Assembly: GCF_001194135.2 (NCBI RefSeq)
Contig: NC_068990.1
Span: 25,263,703-25,327,702, forward strand
Length of the DNA: 64,000 nucleotides
Source: Octopus bimaculoides
Lineage: Eukaryota
Reading direction: 5' to 3'
The notes below the pieces were generated by a model that saw nothing but the letters and a program-made list of their open reading frames with translations, did not search any database and was not told the DNA's origin. Numbering within the stretch: the stretch's first letter is position 1; each line of letters opens with the position of its first letter. Positions 12,206 through 28,107 of the stretch are shown here, in pieces. A program made the translations under genes and the position numbers.

Positions 12206-13918
12206 TGATGGTATGCCATTTAGAAAGTCCCATGGGCCACAGTTTGCCCACAACTGATCAAAGGTATTCTACTTACGAGCAACCCGTCTTTCTATATATC
12301 CATGACAATATTAACCAACGTGTACTTCCTTTTTCCCCACTCACCTTTTAAAATATTAGGTGTGATTTGAAGAGGTTTGGCTGCAATTTCTAGCAGATCA
12401 AGAGATCATATAGAGGTCACCTCATTGATTTGATGAGACTTTGTAGAGACTTACTCAAATGGTGACACAGCTTGCAGGGGTGAGCTATGACAGCATAGCA
12501 TATATTTGCACAGCTTGCAAAGGTGAGCTACGTGCAACAAAACATATTTCTGTCTACTAAACTTACCACTGATAAATTCTTAGATAACAATCACATTATT
12601 ATAAATGAAATATACATAATTTACAAATACAAACTCAGAGCAAATTCATTTATTACAGACTCTTTTTTATAATTATCATACAAGTTTATAACACAATCTA
12701 TTTAACCTAATTATCCATACTCAAAAATAACTGTAATTATATATAACAATGAAACCCTCTTATTTTCCTGATATTTATACAGAATTATATAGATATAATT
12801 GAGGAAATTTGGTTGCAATTTCTAGCTGGTTTAGCAACCATATTGAGAATTCCCCAATGATCTGATGATGGGTTTCTATATAGAGACTCGTTCAGTAGTG
12901 ACACAGCTTTTGGCTGTGAGCTACATATATCTTAGCATAGATTTACAATTAGAAGTAGTAATCCAGGTAATGTAAAAAAAAAAAAATTATATATATATAT
13001 ACATATAAAAATTTTAAAATAAACATCTTAACAATGGACATAATCCCAACAGAATACTAAAAACACTAACAGTAAGATAGAAACCAAATCTATCGATCAA
13101 GACCAACCATTCTCCTATTGACTGACAACACCCATGTCACTGAACCAGCTGTGACATTATGTTGTGCTAAAGAAAAATTCAAGTTCACTTAAAAACACAA
13201 CAGCAATATCTAAGAGTTAACTCTGAGCTAGGTTTTATTGATATTCTCATTTTTAGTTTCAAGTCAGGAAATTCAAATATTTAAGACACAATAGAAGCAA
13301 GATCAATAAATTTGATAGCTATCATCAATGTAATGACCATTTTTACCATGCATGCATAGGTCAGATGAAAGTATGTTGGGGCAGAGGTCTCTGAGGTTGG
13401 ATGCTTTTCTTGATGCCAAACTATTTGTTTCCAAATGAAGTAATAACGTCCCAGTCTATCAAACAACAAACAGCCATGGACATGTTTTACGTGGGAACCC
13501 ATAACAAATGGCACTGAAATGAATGTTTTAGTTTGCAAACGAACACATTTAGACTTGAGAAATATAAGTTCACTCACACAAATATACACACACATGTGTA
13601 GACATGCATATATGATGGGCTGCTTTCAGTTTCTGTCAACTAAGATCCACATACAAGGTTTTGGTTGACCCAGAGCTGTTGTCGAAGACACTTCCAAAAA
13701 TGCCACACAGTGGGAATGAAACCGTGATCTTAAGTACACAGTAATATTTATAAAATCTATTATCTTCATCCAAAGAAAAGTAGACAAATCATTCACTAAC
13801 AGAATGGGGTGGTTTCCATGGCCAACAAAAGAGAAGAGTGAAATGAGGCCTTTAACTTTGCAGGATTTCCCTAAACTAATAAAAGTAATGTTGTCAAACA
13901 ATATCTTCAGGTCAATGA

Positions 13919-14130
13919 TTAAACCTTTTGATGCCAACCCACCTGAGGCTTCCTCTGGCTTTATGATACAAACTTTCAGATTGAAAACCTTCCATCAAAA
14001 TTCCATCTAAATTTATATTCCAGATATCACCTTAAGAATGACGAAGTCATTTTACTAAATTTTTCAGCATTTCAAAATTAATTGAAAACAAAAGCAGTGT
14101 ATTCCACCCGAAATATGATAAAAGGGTTAA
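13919..14130. mobile_element. TTAA-flanked piggyBac-like MITE
   Basis: ttaa(a)ccttt ... aaaggg-ttaa termini. Related elements lie at 19831-20056, about 22534-22732 and 61564-61792. Confidence 0.7.
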
Positions 14131-15173
14131 AGGAACCTAATGATGCTGCTAAAATAGATGTAATGTTAGGCCTCCAGTAGATAATGGGTGTTTAAAATTT
14201 TTTTTTTTTTTTAGTACTTTTGGAAAGCATCATTATTTCTGTTTACACCTATAAAATGTTTTCAAGACTTCATGCAACTGAGAGCCCCACCCCTCTCTCT
14301 TACCAAATTACAGTACAATGCAAACCAAATGAAACCCTCAAAAAATGCAGGGTCCTCTTGTTGTTAACAGTATCAAGTTGTTTCTCTCTCTCTCCTTATA
14401 GCACCTATTCACTTAGAGTAGGTAGTAGATTTGATTGAGTATTAAGTTACCATTGACAGAATAAGTGTGTCACAGAAGAGATTAGATTAACACGCTCATG
14501 ACTAAGCATGCCTAAACAATAACTTTTTACGATATTTAATCTCTAAACTCTCTAATGACTCAACTAATTGTGGTCAATTTTATTGAATGTTTAAATCTGA
14601 CACTCATACCTGGGCTAACTTTTATATTTAATCTGAGAAACTAATGACAGAACTGTTTGTAACAACAATTTACTTGCAGGGATGAAAATTGTGTATAATG
14701 AAATGATAAAAACTTTTGGCCAGTGTCTAGCTCTACCTCTTAATCAGCGCTAACATAACAAAGAAATATTTCCACAATCTAAATGAATCAGAGATAATAA
14801 AAATTCAGTGATTAACCACGTAAGTGAAACAATCTGTAAGTTATCGACTACAACAGTTTTGCACCACAAAACCTTGTACAGTAATGAGTCATATAACCTT
14901 CACCACAGAAAATAGTAAGGATCCTTTATATAAAAATATAAGCATGTGCAAATACACACATAAACATATGAAGTGTATAATGGAACACAACCTAATTTTT
15001 TTTCTGACTCATCTCCCTCTCAAAACAGCCTGGAAAGTTCATTATATTGTGATAGACAACATAACCAGATCCTAGCCTTAAGCACAGGAGTTATTTAGAA
15101 TCATAGCTGAGGGCATCAACGTTAGTCAACACTAATGTCAACCTACACAGAGATTCCAGTTACATACTGCCAC

Positions 15174-15225
<52 letters not shown>

Positions 15226-15759
15226 TACTTAAGGTCAATGTATTCCAAAGAAGGAATAGACTTAAGTGAGTTGACCTTTGTATAATAATCCTAGCAGTTA
15301 TTTTATCAACATTGCAACACTGGAAGACAAAAAAGCAAGAGCAGCAGGATTTGGAGTCAGAAATATGAAGCCTTAAAACTAAAATATTAAAAAATGGAGT
15401 CTTATTATCACTACTTATACAGTGTTCTATATTTCCATATTTTATTTTATCATTTTATAATCGCCACAGAATTGCCCCTCTGTCAAATCTGTTTATGAAA
15501 TTTTTAAAATTTAAAATTTTCAACAATTAAATGCTATTTTGCTGAAAGCCTATATCACAAGTACTTAATTTCAATACAATGAACAAAACATTTTTTCACA
15601 CTCATGGTAGTTAAAGACTAAACTGCCTGCAGTGGTCCTTAGCTGTCAAGTCATTAGCTGTGTTTCATTGTTCCTTGCATTAAATATTTTAACACAAGAG
15701 ATGTACAACTAAATGACTAACCCCTTTCAGTCACTTACCAGATCTTGAACATCTTGCTT

Positions 15760-16260
15760 CTTTGGGCATTGGCAGACACAAGTTTTGACATATCACAGCT
15801 GTCTTGGAAGAAACCTACAAGACTATCCACCATCTTTCCAGCAACTTGGGCAACCTTTTTAGAATTCAATATCTCTACCACCCATGAGACACACAATAAA
15901 ATCAACAAACAGAACAGCACTCATGACTTTCAGAAACATTTGTTTTATTCTCGGAACAGCCAAAGCATGAAAAACTACCCACATCAGTTCTTAATCTGTC
16001 CGGACACTGAATCTTTCAAAACTTCCATTCTCCTCAAAATTCCCCCAACACTACTCCCAACATGCCTAAGCACCCTTACCTCTTCATAGCCCTTTTACTG
16101 TTCATTTTTCTTTTTTGTGTTGTATTCTGTGTACTGTGCATCTACTTACAACATTCATTGCCATTTTTCTTTACTTGACTTACTGCTGCTTTCTGTCCCC
16201 TCTTTTACCCTTTTCCAATGAGTTGAAGAGCACCTAATCACTGTAGAAAATAAATTATTC
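15760..16260 (+). mobile_element. CR1/L2/Jockey-like LINE 3' relic
   Basis: ETYKTIHHL...HDFQKHLF...PDTESFK resembles the ETYKI...FF..R....WN.LP..FK C-terminus. Frameshifted. Confidence 0.6.
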
Positions 16261-16969
16261 ATTATCATTTAATATTCTTTCCTTGTGCTATCAGGATCTG
16301 GCAAGGCTGGGAGCTGCACAAGGTTCCATAGTGTCTTAGTTTTGTTTCTACAGATGGATACCCTTCCTAATGCCAACCATTTTACAGAGTGTACTGGGTA
16401 CTTTTTTACGTGGTACTAGCACCAGTACTTTTTCTATGACACCAGCGCTAGCACTTTTTTATGTTGCACCAGCACTGGCAGGTCATCAAGTACATTGCAA
16501 GACAAAAAATCCTCAACTGGGAGGAGAGAGAAGTACTGAGAGAGTATGGCTTTGTATCAGTTGAGAGATTAAAGGTATAGAGGACCAGAGATAAATGTCT
16601 TGATGTAGAGTAGATACATGGATACTCCAGATGAAAAAGAAAGGAGAGTGAGTTAGAGAGTAAAATAATCATTATTGTTTCAACATTCACTTTTCTTAAC
16701 TTGCATGAATCAGAAAAGAATACTTGGAGCAGGGTTTTCTATGGTTGGATGCCCTTCCCCACCTGTTTCCAGATGAGGTAATAATTTTCTAGTCAACTGA
16801 ACAGCAGTTCAGACATGGTTACATGGAGAACTAGAAACAAATGACACCATATAAATGAGCCTTTTGTTTACAGAGATTAAGCAGCAAGTCTGAGAGCCTG
16901 GACATGCTTTCACACAGGACTGTCACTGAGGTCATAGTTTATGACCAGTAAACACACGCAACGATGAGG

Positions 16970-17020
<51 letters not shown>

Positions 17021-17180
17021 CAAGCTTTATTTAGTTCCTACCAAGTCTACTTATAGGCTTTGGTCAGTCTGGGGCTATAGTAGAAGACACTTACCCAAGG
17101 TACCTGGCAGTAAGATTGAACCAGGAACAACATGGTTGGAAAGCAAATTCCTTAACCATACAGCTATATCTGCACCAATA

Positions 17181-17213
<33 letters not shown>

Positions 17214-19417
17214 ATTGTCAGATACAGTATATCTAAGAGTACATCATCTAGTGTATGCTTGACTTTTAGGGAGATTTAGCATCTATGACTTGCAGGTTGA
17301 GAGACCACCATGAAGAGGTTCCCTCCTTAGAATGTTCCAGTTGACTTAAACACTTGACAATACATCAGAAGCTGAACTGTCCATAAATATCTATTTTCCC
17401 AGATTTTCAAATCAATCAAGCCCACCTACGTTGCTATTGTTTAATAAATAAAAAAAAAACCCAGATTAATTAAAACTTAATTTCATTAAATTGTATTAAT
17501 CAATGATCATTAAGGAATTAGCAGCAGTAACAGTCTTGTAATAAATCAAATTGAAGGCTCATATAAAATGAAATGAATTTTATACTAAGTGAATAATTGT
17601 ACCCTGTAGTCGGGTGACCTTATTTATAATAATTGTTTTTTCTGGGCGTTATAAAAAAGCTACCTGCTGGACTAAACAGTTTTTAGTTGAAGGCAAAACA
17701 AAATGTAATTCATGTGAAAAAGCTGAAAGATGCTATAAAATGAAAATCTTTTACTGTCAAAGGTCGTTTTCTCTTGTTTAATCTCTTAATAAATGATAAG
17801 AGAATAAATACAGTAAAATATTTTAGGAGATTAATACCAGCAATAACCAATAAAAGAAGTTAATGCCATTACTTTAAATAGCTTACGTGTAGACATAGCT
17901 GTGTGGTTAAGAAGTTTGCTTCCCAACAATGTGGTTGCAGGTTCAATCCAACTGAGGAGCATCTTTGGTGGGGATCTACTATAGTCCAAGGATGATCAAA
18001 GCCTTTTGAGTGAATGTGATGGATGGAAAGTGAGCGAAGCCAGTCGTGTGTGTGTGTGTTACTTTCTCTTAACATCACATGAAAGTTGTAAACGAGTGCC
18101 ACTGTCATACAACCAGTGGCCTTCATTTCCAATCTTCTGTGAAAAACATGTCAGGCCATGGGGAAATATTACTTTGCTTGGAAAAAAGTGTTTGTTGGCA
18201 ACAAGAAGGAATCTAACCAGACAAAACCTGCTTCAATGAATAGCATATAACCCATACAGGATTGGAAATTGGACGTTAACACAATCATGATGATGATAAC
18301 ATTATTTTACATACACACACAATATATATGTGTGTATATAACTAGCACTCCATTGGTTACAACGATAAGGGTTCCAGTTGATCCAATAAATGGAACAGCC
18401 TGCTTGTGACTTGTGAAATTAATGTGCAAGTGGATGAATACTCCATAGACATGTGTACCCTTAATGTAGTTCTCAGGAAGAATTAGCATGAAACAGAATG
18501 AGATCATGCTAGCCCTTTGAAATGTGGAGACAATTCATTTGTGCCCACTGAGTGCTCTGGAGCGATATGAAAATGTGTCTTGCCCAAAGAAACAACATGC
18601 TGCCAGGTGTCAAACTCATGACCTTGTGATCATGAGTCGAATACCCTAACCACTTGGCCACTGTGCAGTGGGACTGAACCCAAAACCACAAGGTTGTGAA
18701 GCAAGCTTCTGAACCACACAGAGTCTGTCATGTCTGCTAAAAAATATCAAAGTACTTTCAACATAATGAACAAACACATAAGGCTGCTGTTGAAAAACAA
18801 TATCCCTCATCATAAGTACAAGTCTCTCACACACACCCACACACACATCATCCATCTTTTATATCTTACTTTATTCTAGTTAATGTTCCAGTGATAACAA
18901 CTGGCTCCGTCATCAGCTCTTATCATCATCATACTTGCAAGTGAAGAGCTAATTCACAAGATCTCTTCCTGTTGGTGACTGCTCTCTGCTTTACAACTTA
19001 ACCCAAATATCTCCCAAACACAATACATCATGAAATTCTATTCTGGTTTAGTCCTCTAGCATTAATTACTCCCCCACCCCCACAACCAATAATGTGTGTG
19101 GAACATTCCTCTCAAACTATGCCTTAAATAACATGGTAACTAGCTACGGCAACTGGTGCTAAAAACACGTCAGTTCCTCCTGCCAAATTGTTTTAAAGTT
19201 AAGGCAGGTAGCAAGATGGGTGATTGCTTGGGAAAGCCATCAGAGTAGTAGTAGTAATAGTAGTAGTGGGGGGGGGGGCAGCTGTAGTAGTACTACCTAA
19301 CCTACTTTATAGACTAGGCGACCAGGTAGTACATACCTACACACACAAGCATGAAATTAGCTGGCACTATGCCAATACACAAGTCTATGCACACAATTTT
19401 GGTCTCATTTGTTAACT

Positions 19418-19470
<53 letters not shown>

Positions 19471-22400
19471 TTCAACTGGGCAATTCTTGCTGGTATTGAG
19501 AAAAGCAGACATGGCATTGAGTTTGTAGTTGGAATTTTAGAAAATCAACAAAGCATAAACAGATTGTTCTGATGCTAGTCTATTGAGCACACAAATCATC
19601 GGTTCAACACAGCTCCAGCCTTAATTCAATAAAACAGAAACTGGGTACAACATCTTCAGAGAAGTGGTTTAATAGTGGGACATTCAACTGATCCAACACT
19701 TGTATGCATACACACACACGTTTGCTTCAATTAATTTTGAAAATAATGAAGAATTTAGCAAAATAACTGTTACAATTTTGCTAGCGTCTGGAACATAAAT
19801 TTGAAATGAAATTTTGAAGGAAGGATTAATTTAACCCTTAGTATTTATACTAGCCACACCCAGCCAAAATATTTTCCCAGTTTTATGTTTAAACTGACTA
19901 GATCTGGCCTCTCACACAATCCTACAATATCATTCTAAAAATTAACAATTACCTCATCAAAATCTCAAAGCTACAAGACAATACATGATTAATGCAAAAC
20001 AATGTGAATAAATGAGCATTACTTTTGATAGAATAATGTGGATGTTAAAGGGTTAAATCACTTTAAGAGAAGAAGTTTGTATTATAGAAGCAAGGGTGGT
20101 CTCAGATGGAATGGAATCAAACAGTTTCAAAATAATTTTTTTAATGGCCATTTGCAATGGTCTGATTCTTCCACAATCAATCAACCCAATTCTATAATTC
20201 AGACAGGTTCTTGTGTACAGGGCAAAAGAAACACAACCAACTCTACTTCTCCATCTGTCTTGGTCTGTGACCAATTTTGTGTACTGCTTTCCTCCTTCTT
20301 ATCCATTCTTCAATGTGGCTTAATCAGTCCATTTAATATTTTCTTATTCTACTTCTTTTACCAGGATTTTCTCCCACCATGACCACATTTGTTAAAAGGT
20401 AGAGTGTCATAGTGTGTCACATGACCAATGCACACACACACACACATTGACCTCTTAAAAACACATGGAATAAGATACATTACTTCAAACACTTATACAC
20501 ATGAACAGGTTTCCTTTTACATACTCTCAAGCACATAAACTTATTTACATAACTTTCTCACTCATACTACATGAACACACATATACACAACACACACACA
20601 ATAACAAATACACGCACATATACAATAACAAGTGCGCATGCACAGCAACAAGCACACACGTCAAAATATGCCAGCCAATCATACAATGTCCTGCTTTGTC
20701 ATAAGAGCTGACTTATTGGTTATTGATTAGTTGTGTTAGTATTACTATTCTCCTAATAATCCTCCTTCACAGTAATACTAATCAATAAAGAAACAACCCA
20801 TTTGATTTTTGTGAAGAAGGACCTAGCTGGTAGAGAATTCTGTCTTGTTAACGGTGAAAGGGTTAGGAAAGGGTCATATAAATAGTATTGTTTAAACTGG
20901 GTTTCCACTTTGGAGACTTTGAACAGTAGGGAATCTTTGATGAAGGGTAAATATGTAATTGAGTCAATGCTAGGCCTCTGTGTGTGTGTGTAAATGGTAC
21001 ATACACAAATCCATGCAACCACATATGCACATGCATGCACACCCATCCACTGCATATGCACATGCATTGCATTTGCATACACGTACACACACCACATGCA
21101 TGCACATGCATATACACAGATGCCAAACACATGCACACACACCAAACACATATGCAGATATCCACCCACAACATATTTCTCACTTTCAAAACCCCTGCAC
21201 TAGCCAACAAGGAAACCTGCCCTTTCATTGGATAGGGCTCACTTTTACACCATTAAGAACGAAACAACATTGCAACAAAACGCTTACCTATTCTGATACA
21301 GCTTTATTTAAATTGTTAAAATATGCGTTTGCTAAATGTCTAAAGATGAATTATTAAAAGCCTGCAAAATTATAAACTAATTAACTTCATCGTTTAAAGT
21401 GCATAATTACATTTTGAACAGTTTGTTCAAAATGTTAGGCTTTGTTCCTGGTTGGTTGATAATGCTTGAATCTAGTCCAGTCTAGGATTGTGCACATCCG
21501 GGAATAAAATACCCAATAATGATTGGAGATAAATCAATTTGAAATGTAATGAGATTGATATAGATAATGTAAATGTAAATTCTAAAAGTGTTTCGCAGCT
21601 GTTTCATCCAAATATCAACACTGCCAATAAAGTGAAAACACTATGATAGTTATTTTCAACCAGGTGAGCAAAAATCAAGCAATCTACCTTGCTTAAACAC
21701 ACAAGATTTATCAAATTAACTAATATTAATGATTAAGATATTTGAAGACTTTATGTTAAAACATTTAATAAATGAGACCACATGAAGTTTTGTTTCCACC
21801 AACATTTCTAAACTTAAACCCTTTTGATATCAATCCTCCCAAAACAGCCCAGGTTCTTTGGTACAAACTTTCTGTTTTAACCCTTTTGTCACCATATTTC
21901 TGTAGGTAATATGGTGCCTTTGTTTCAACTGATTCAGAAAATAATGAAGAATTAGGTAAATAATTTTTTCGTTATTAAGCTGGTGTTCTGAATATAAATT
22001 ACCATGAAATTTTGATGGAGGCTTTTAATTTAGATCACTTTAAAAGAGGAAGTTCAAATCATAGAACCATGAATGGTCTCCGGTATGTTGGTGACTGGAG
22101 TTAAAACCTATCAAAATCTCATTAATTTATGTTTGAAACAACAGTTTAATAATAAAGTTAGTTTGCTAAATTCTTTATTATTTTCAAAATTAATTGCAAT
22201 AAAGGCAGCAGATTTCAACAGAAATATAGTAAAAAAAGGTTAATAATGCAGAAATTGCTCAAAGTTTCTTCCTTGCAATTTGCACAGTTGTTAAGAAGTT
22301 TGCTTCACAACAAAATGGTTTCAGGTTCATTCTTACTGCATGGCACCTTAGGCAAGTATCTTCTGCCATAGCCACAGGTTGACTAATATCAAGAGATTGG

Positions 22401-22479
22401 AATTTGGCAGATGGAAACAATGCAGAAATTGCTGTATATATGTTTCATAAATATTGATCTTAAATGGACCTATATATAT

Positions 22480-22526
<47 letters not shown>

Positions 22527-24175
22527 CAAGTCTTTAATCCTTTAGCATGCAATTCAGACTAAATATTCTGTTCTATGTCGAAACTGGTTAGATATAACCT
22601 TTCACATCTACCCTGCAATGTAATTCCTAAAAATAAACAATCACATCACTGAAATCTTGAAGCTACAAGATAATACATGATTAATTCAAAACAATGTGAA
22701 TAAGCATTATATTTGAATGTGAAAGGGTTAAACAACCTTTTTTTGTAAACTAAGATTACAGTAAAATCTTAATTCCAATCGTGTTCAAAATGTTGCTTTA
22801 TATTTACATTTTAAACACTATCTTAACACAAAACTCACAGTTTTTATTACAATCATTTCTATTTTCATGTCTCCATCTTGAAACTTAGATTCATTTCTTT
22901 GTTACTTCTACTTGCCAGTTTAACATAAACTGTCATGACAATATATTCATAGCAATTACAGTTTCAAAGAAATGAAGGAAATATTATTTACATATAACAT
23001 TTCACTATTTTATACTTTTGATTTCTCTTTATCGTTCACAATTGGTAATTGTTTTGAAGTTATTTTACAATGCTGGCATGGAGTGGGTAGTTTGAAAGGA
23101 ACTGAAGAGATCAAGGACTATGTAATGTTCCAGTGTCTGCTTTGGCATGATTTCTACAGCTGGATGACCTTCCTATCACCAACCACTTTTCAGAGAGTGC
23201 TGGGTGCTTTTCCCATGACACGAGAAGCTTTTCTCATGAACCCTCTCTCCAAACTTGTTGGCTTTGTGCCAAAATTTGAAACCAATGTTACTACAACCAC
23301 CACCATTATTATTAATATTATTCAAGCCCTACAACTTCATTAACTGCTATAATTATTAATATGATCACTGTACTACTACCACTACTACTTACTACTAATA
23401 TTAATACTATTATTCTACTACTACCACCACCACCACCGTAAGTACTACTACCACTCATCCTGTCATAAGCCCTACTACTTCCTTAACTGTCATAGTTATT
23501 AATACCATCACAACCACTATCAGTACTTATTGACAACATGGGACTCATATAAGAGTGATTCTCAAGTGTGTGCAGTGTTTATGAAATGTTATGCAGGCAT
23601 CAACAGCCTGTAAAATAATATATGCAAACACATTGCTGCATGTGTATTTATGCATTAAAAAACAAAACTGTTCTTGTGATATAAGAAGATAACTGGAATT
23701 CAGTTTTGGGATCCAGAGAGTACTAATGAAGTACTGCTAGATTTGTTCAATTGAGTACACCCTTCTATAAATGTTTCTTTCACCTAGAGATAGTAAAAAA
23801 AAAAAAAAAAATAGTCTCTAAGGACACTAAGATCAGATAGAGCTTGGCAGGGAGAGAAAAAATTGGTCTCATGTTTAAACAATTTACAACTGTTGGGCTG
23901 GGAACACTTCAAGTAACACACACACACACACACACACTCACACAAAGCCATTTGAAGAAAATATCAACTCCTCTTGTCCCATAAATTCTGTTTGTCGCAA
24001 TGGCACTAATAATGTCAATAATAATAATTAAATATAAAGCATAAATATGATAAGCATCATAATGATGGTGAGAGGTAGATAAGCGGATTTGGCACAATTC
24101 CAAAATCAAGGTCAAGTTATTAACATAAGATACACAAACAATACTAGCCAACACTTCACCGCACCATATATACAA

Positions 24176-24270
<95 letters not shown>

Positions 24271-26149
24271 ACATACACACACACAAACACACATTGTAAT
24301 ATCATTTTAAGTAGGTTTACTTACATTCTACAGCTATGAAAATCTAACTGAATGACCTTCACATTGCGATGCATCCAGATGCAACATCTTGTAACCCTAT
24401 CACGAAAAACCCATTAGCTTAATAGCAATGAGAGTCTGTAAACCAAATATGATAAATAAACTGTAGCAAAGATGGATAATTTATGAAAATAGGGACAACA
24501 CTTAATGCCAAACTATTGGAGTAGATGTGTGTTATCATTATTAACGGTGCCTGTTGGTTGTTTCAATTAAATAATGTAGCTTCTCTATAGCAAGAAACCT
24601 GTTCTGGCCTCTCATACACTACAGTCCTTGGACCTATCAGGCCTGTTGAACCATCTAACCCATGCCAGCATGGAAGATGGTCATTAAAAGATGATGAGGG
24701 TAGCGATGTTGATGGTGATAATGGAAAGGAAGAAGAGTCAATTATGAAGTCTCTATATCAGTAGTTCTCAAACCTTTTTTTTAATATCAAGGCCAGATCC
24801 AAAACCTGAATTTTTTAGGGGCCCACAACAAAAAAAGGTAAAACACAATTGAATTGCAGAAAAATTTATCACATTTATAGAGGGAAGGCTGTTAGGAGTA
24901 CCAGAAGGATACCACAATTGAGAACTGCTGCTCCATATATTTATTCAATATATTAGAAATAACAGCCAAGTTCCCTCAAATATGCCTCAGATATTTATCA
25001 TTATTAGTAATTAAGAAGGTGCATGGTTTTGTGGCTAGGGTGTTGCACTCACAATCTTACAATCACAGTTTCAATTCCTGCAGTGGGTGGTGTGTTGAGT
25101 TCTTGATCAAAACACTTCCTTTCACATTGCTGCAGCCCACTCAGCTGTAAACAAGTCCCAGTGATAATTGGGAAGTTAACCTTTTGATGGACTAGCATCT
25201 TGTCCATGGGGGAGTATTGTAATCTCAATCACTTACACACCATGGAAACCAGTTTAAGTTCTGGTTTTATGAGTCCTAGTGGTTTATGACAGACCTACAT
25301 TATTAATTAAAAAACAGGAAGAAATAGAAAGAGATTTAACAGATGCTGGTTTTGAGCCACTAAGAAAGATATGTATCTCTTGCTTCAATCAACAAGAGAC
25401 CTTCTGTATAGTTGTTTGATCTGCTAAATATAGCAACTAAATCTTTAAGTGACACCTATCAATTTTAGATACATCATTGAACGTAGTCAATTACGTACAG
25501 TAAGAATGGTCAAAACTGAATGCTTTTGATCATGGGTCAGCTTGACCAAGACAGGCCTGGGGTTAAACAACAGCACTTGGGCGAATTTGCCTGACTGACA
25601 GAAATAAATCACATTTATTTCATGGTTGAGTATTTAGCAAAACAAAGGACATCCTTCAGTAAATAACATTTACTCCAACATCAGACTTCTGTAAGCAAGT
25701 AAAACTGGGTGTAAAATAATGAAATAAGTAAATAAATAATGCTGGTTGTTATTAATGTCAACACTGTAGATAGATAAATAATAGACTTGTTTGTCAAGCA
25801 GTCTTAAGCTTATTTATAGTGAAAACATTAGTGTTTAGCCCCCAATACATTTAAGGAATATTGATTTGATTCAATAAAGTGCGTATTTGATAATGAAATG
25901 TTAATTCATGGACGCTGGCCAGACCATCATATGTAGATGTGAATTATGGGAGCAAGAGGTTTTATATTTGTGCGTGTGATGGCTGACCACTTGTGATTAT
26001 TGGTGGATAAACATACATGCTTGCAGATATTGGAAAACAAGCTTCCTCCCATTCACTGCAATGTGTTTTAGAGTAGCTTGTTTAAATTCTACATGGAAAA
26101 TGCATGATTTTACAAAAATGTCCACTCCTGTCTACTCTTATTTCCTCCA

Positions 26150-26460
26150 CTGGTGCTAGTAACATATTGCTTCCCAACTGACCTCCCCTATTTCAAATGC
26201 TTTTAACAAGAACTCCACACAATCCTTAAATCGTAGTCTTGGTTTCTGCTGGGGGTACTTTCCACAAACAAGTTCACCATGTAGCACCTGCTTAGGGATC
26301 CTCCAATCATTCACCTGAATAAGGTGTATGGTCCAACGTAAATGGTGTTTGTGTTCCATTACCTCAATGCTCAGGACATTAGTTCCCCTCAAAACCTCTA
26401 TGTTTGAAGTTCACAAGGACCAGCCAATTTTCAGAATGTATCTCAGACACATGATGCTTA
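26150..26460 (-). mobile_element. RTE (BovB-like) LINE C-terminal relic
   Basis: LRW..H...DWRIPKQVLHGEL..GK....KPRLRFKD...I....WE motif in ORF 26156-26392. Confidence 0.85.
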
Positions 26461-26519
26461 TAAAGGGTCCAACTGCTCCTTTACTCAGACACACACAACA
26501 TTAGGAAAGACATGAAAAG

Positions 26520-26700
26520 GGAGGGAGTTCCAAAAAGCTGATAGTCTGGTTAGGAAGGACTGGGTGTAGTAATTAGTGCAGGGTCTCGAAGGTGGTCACA
26601 TAACAGTGGAGAGGAGAGGTGATTGAATCAGAAATGCCTGAGTGGTTGGTGGTGGCATTCACCTACCAGCTCTGGGAGAGCAGAGGCTATTTTAGTAGTC
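26520..26700 (-). mobile_element. L2/CR1-like LINE 3' relic
   Basis: The minus strand contains ...cagtccttcctaaccagactatcagctttttggaactccc, resembling the SF..RT..LWNSLP motif. A similar relic lies at about 7350-7720. Confidence 0.5.
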
Positions 26701-27789
26701 ATAGAAAACATCAGAGAAAGGAGACAGTAAGTTTGAATAACAGCAGTGTCTGTTTTTAATCTCTGACAAATGAAAAGTGCCATAGTTCCAATTTTCAATG
26801 TGTGAATGAGTGAAATGAAAAACATACATTACTTGGAAAACAAGAAAAGGTTAGTGACAGAAAGAGTACCCAGCTGTAGTAGAAACTCTTGCCAGTATTT
26901 CTCAACCATTTTTTGCCTAAGGACCCTTTTGATTCCTATTTTACACTCCTGGACCCTTATAGTCATTCGATGTATATTAATACACATCTTACTATATTTT
27001 GTGATTAAATATTAAGATTTGTATAGAAAATTGAAATATTTTGTGTATTGTAGAAATACAAGCAACTTATTTCAAATACAAATAATACAAATAAAAAGCA
27101 AAGCTAACTTGAAAAATACAAAGGATGTAGTAAATACTAAGAGGCATTTTGTCTTAACTTGAACATTCACCAATACTGTCATACCAACTACATCTATTTA
27201 TCTCCCACCAGCTATGTCTAGAATAGCCTAGAAAGACTGTTTGCTCTCTGTCCCCGTCAAATTCCAAAATCCATAAACAAATATTTGAAATCAACACATT
27301 AGAACAAGGAACCTCTTTGTTTTGTTAACTCTTCAACTACAATGTGGAAAGTGGTAGGCAAAGTTAAAACCTCAGCTAAACCCAATACTTGTTAAACAAG
27401 ATTCCAATGTACGACAACATTAGATTCAGAAACCTACCTGAGACCATCCTATCTAGTAAAGTGTTCATATTTAACCCTTTCATTATCATATTTACTAAAA
27501 TATATTGCCGTTGTTTGAATCACATTTTAAACTTAAAATAGGTTTGTTCTTATTAAGCTGGTATTTAGAACATAAAGTGAAATTTTAATGAAAGTTTTAA
27601 ATTGCTTTAAAACAGTTAATTCACAGACCAGGAGTGGTTTGAAGCAGATTCAGATGAAAGGAGTAAGATTTAAATCTTAAACAAAATCACTCATTTCAAC
27701 TTAAAAGGTCATCCAAGATCAGCACCAACCTGTATGTAGTTTTGTGAACTGCTTAAAATAACAGGCTAATTTCCCTCAAACTTTACTGG

Positions 27790-28107
27790 TAGTCTGCCGG
27801 TTACAACAATGGGGGTTCCAGTTGATCTGATCAAAGGAACAGCCTGCTAGTGAATTAATGTGCAAGTGGCAGAGTATTCCACAGACACACATACCCATAA
27901 CATAGTTCTCGGGGAGATTCAGCATGACACGGAGTGTGTGACAAGGATGGCCCTTTGAAATACAGGTACAACTCATTTTTATCAGCTGAGTGGATCGGAG
28001 CAATGTGAAATAAAGTGTCTTGATCAAGGACACAATGCCTCACCAGGTATTGAACTCACGACCATGCAATCGCAAGCTGAATACGCCTAACCACTTAGCT
28101 ACGTGCC
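27790..28107 (-). mobile_element. SINE family B copy
   Basis: Reverse complement aligns with 55930-56240. Confidence 0.85.

Noticed and set aside
15735-15920. 61-aa minus ORF ending at a strong gtaagt donor
   Set aside because: It is antisense to a CR1/L2-like LINE relic, its phase is incompatible with CH1, and it has no family similarity.
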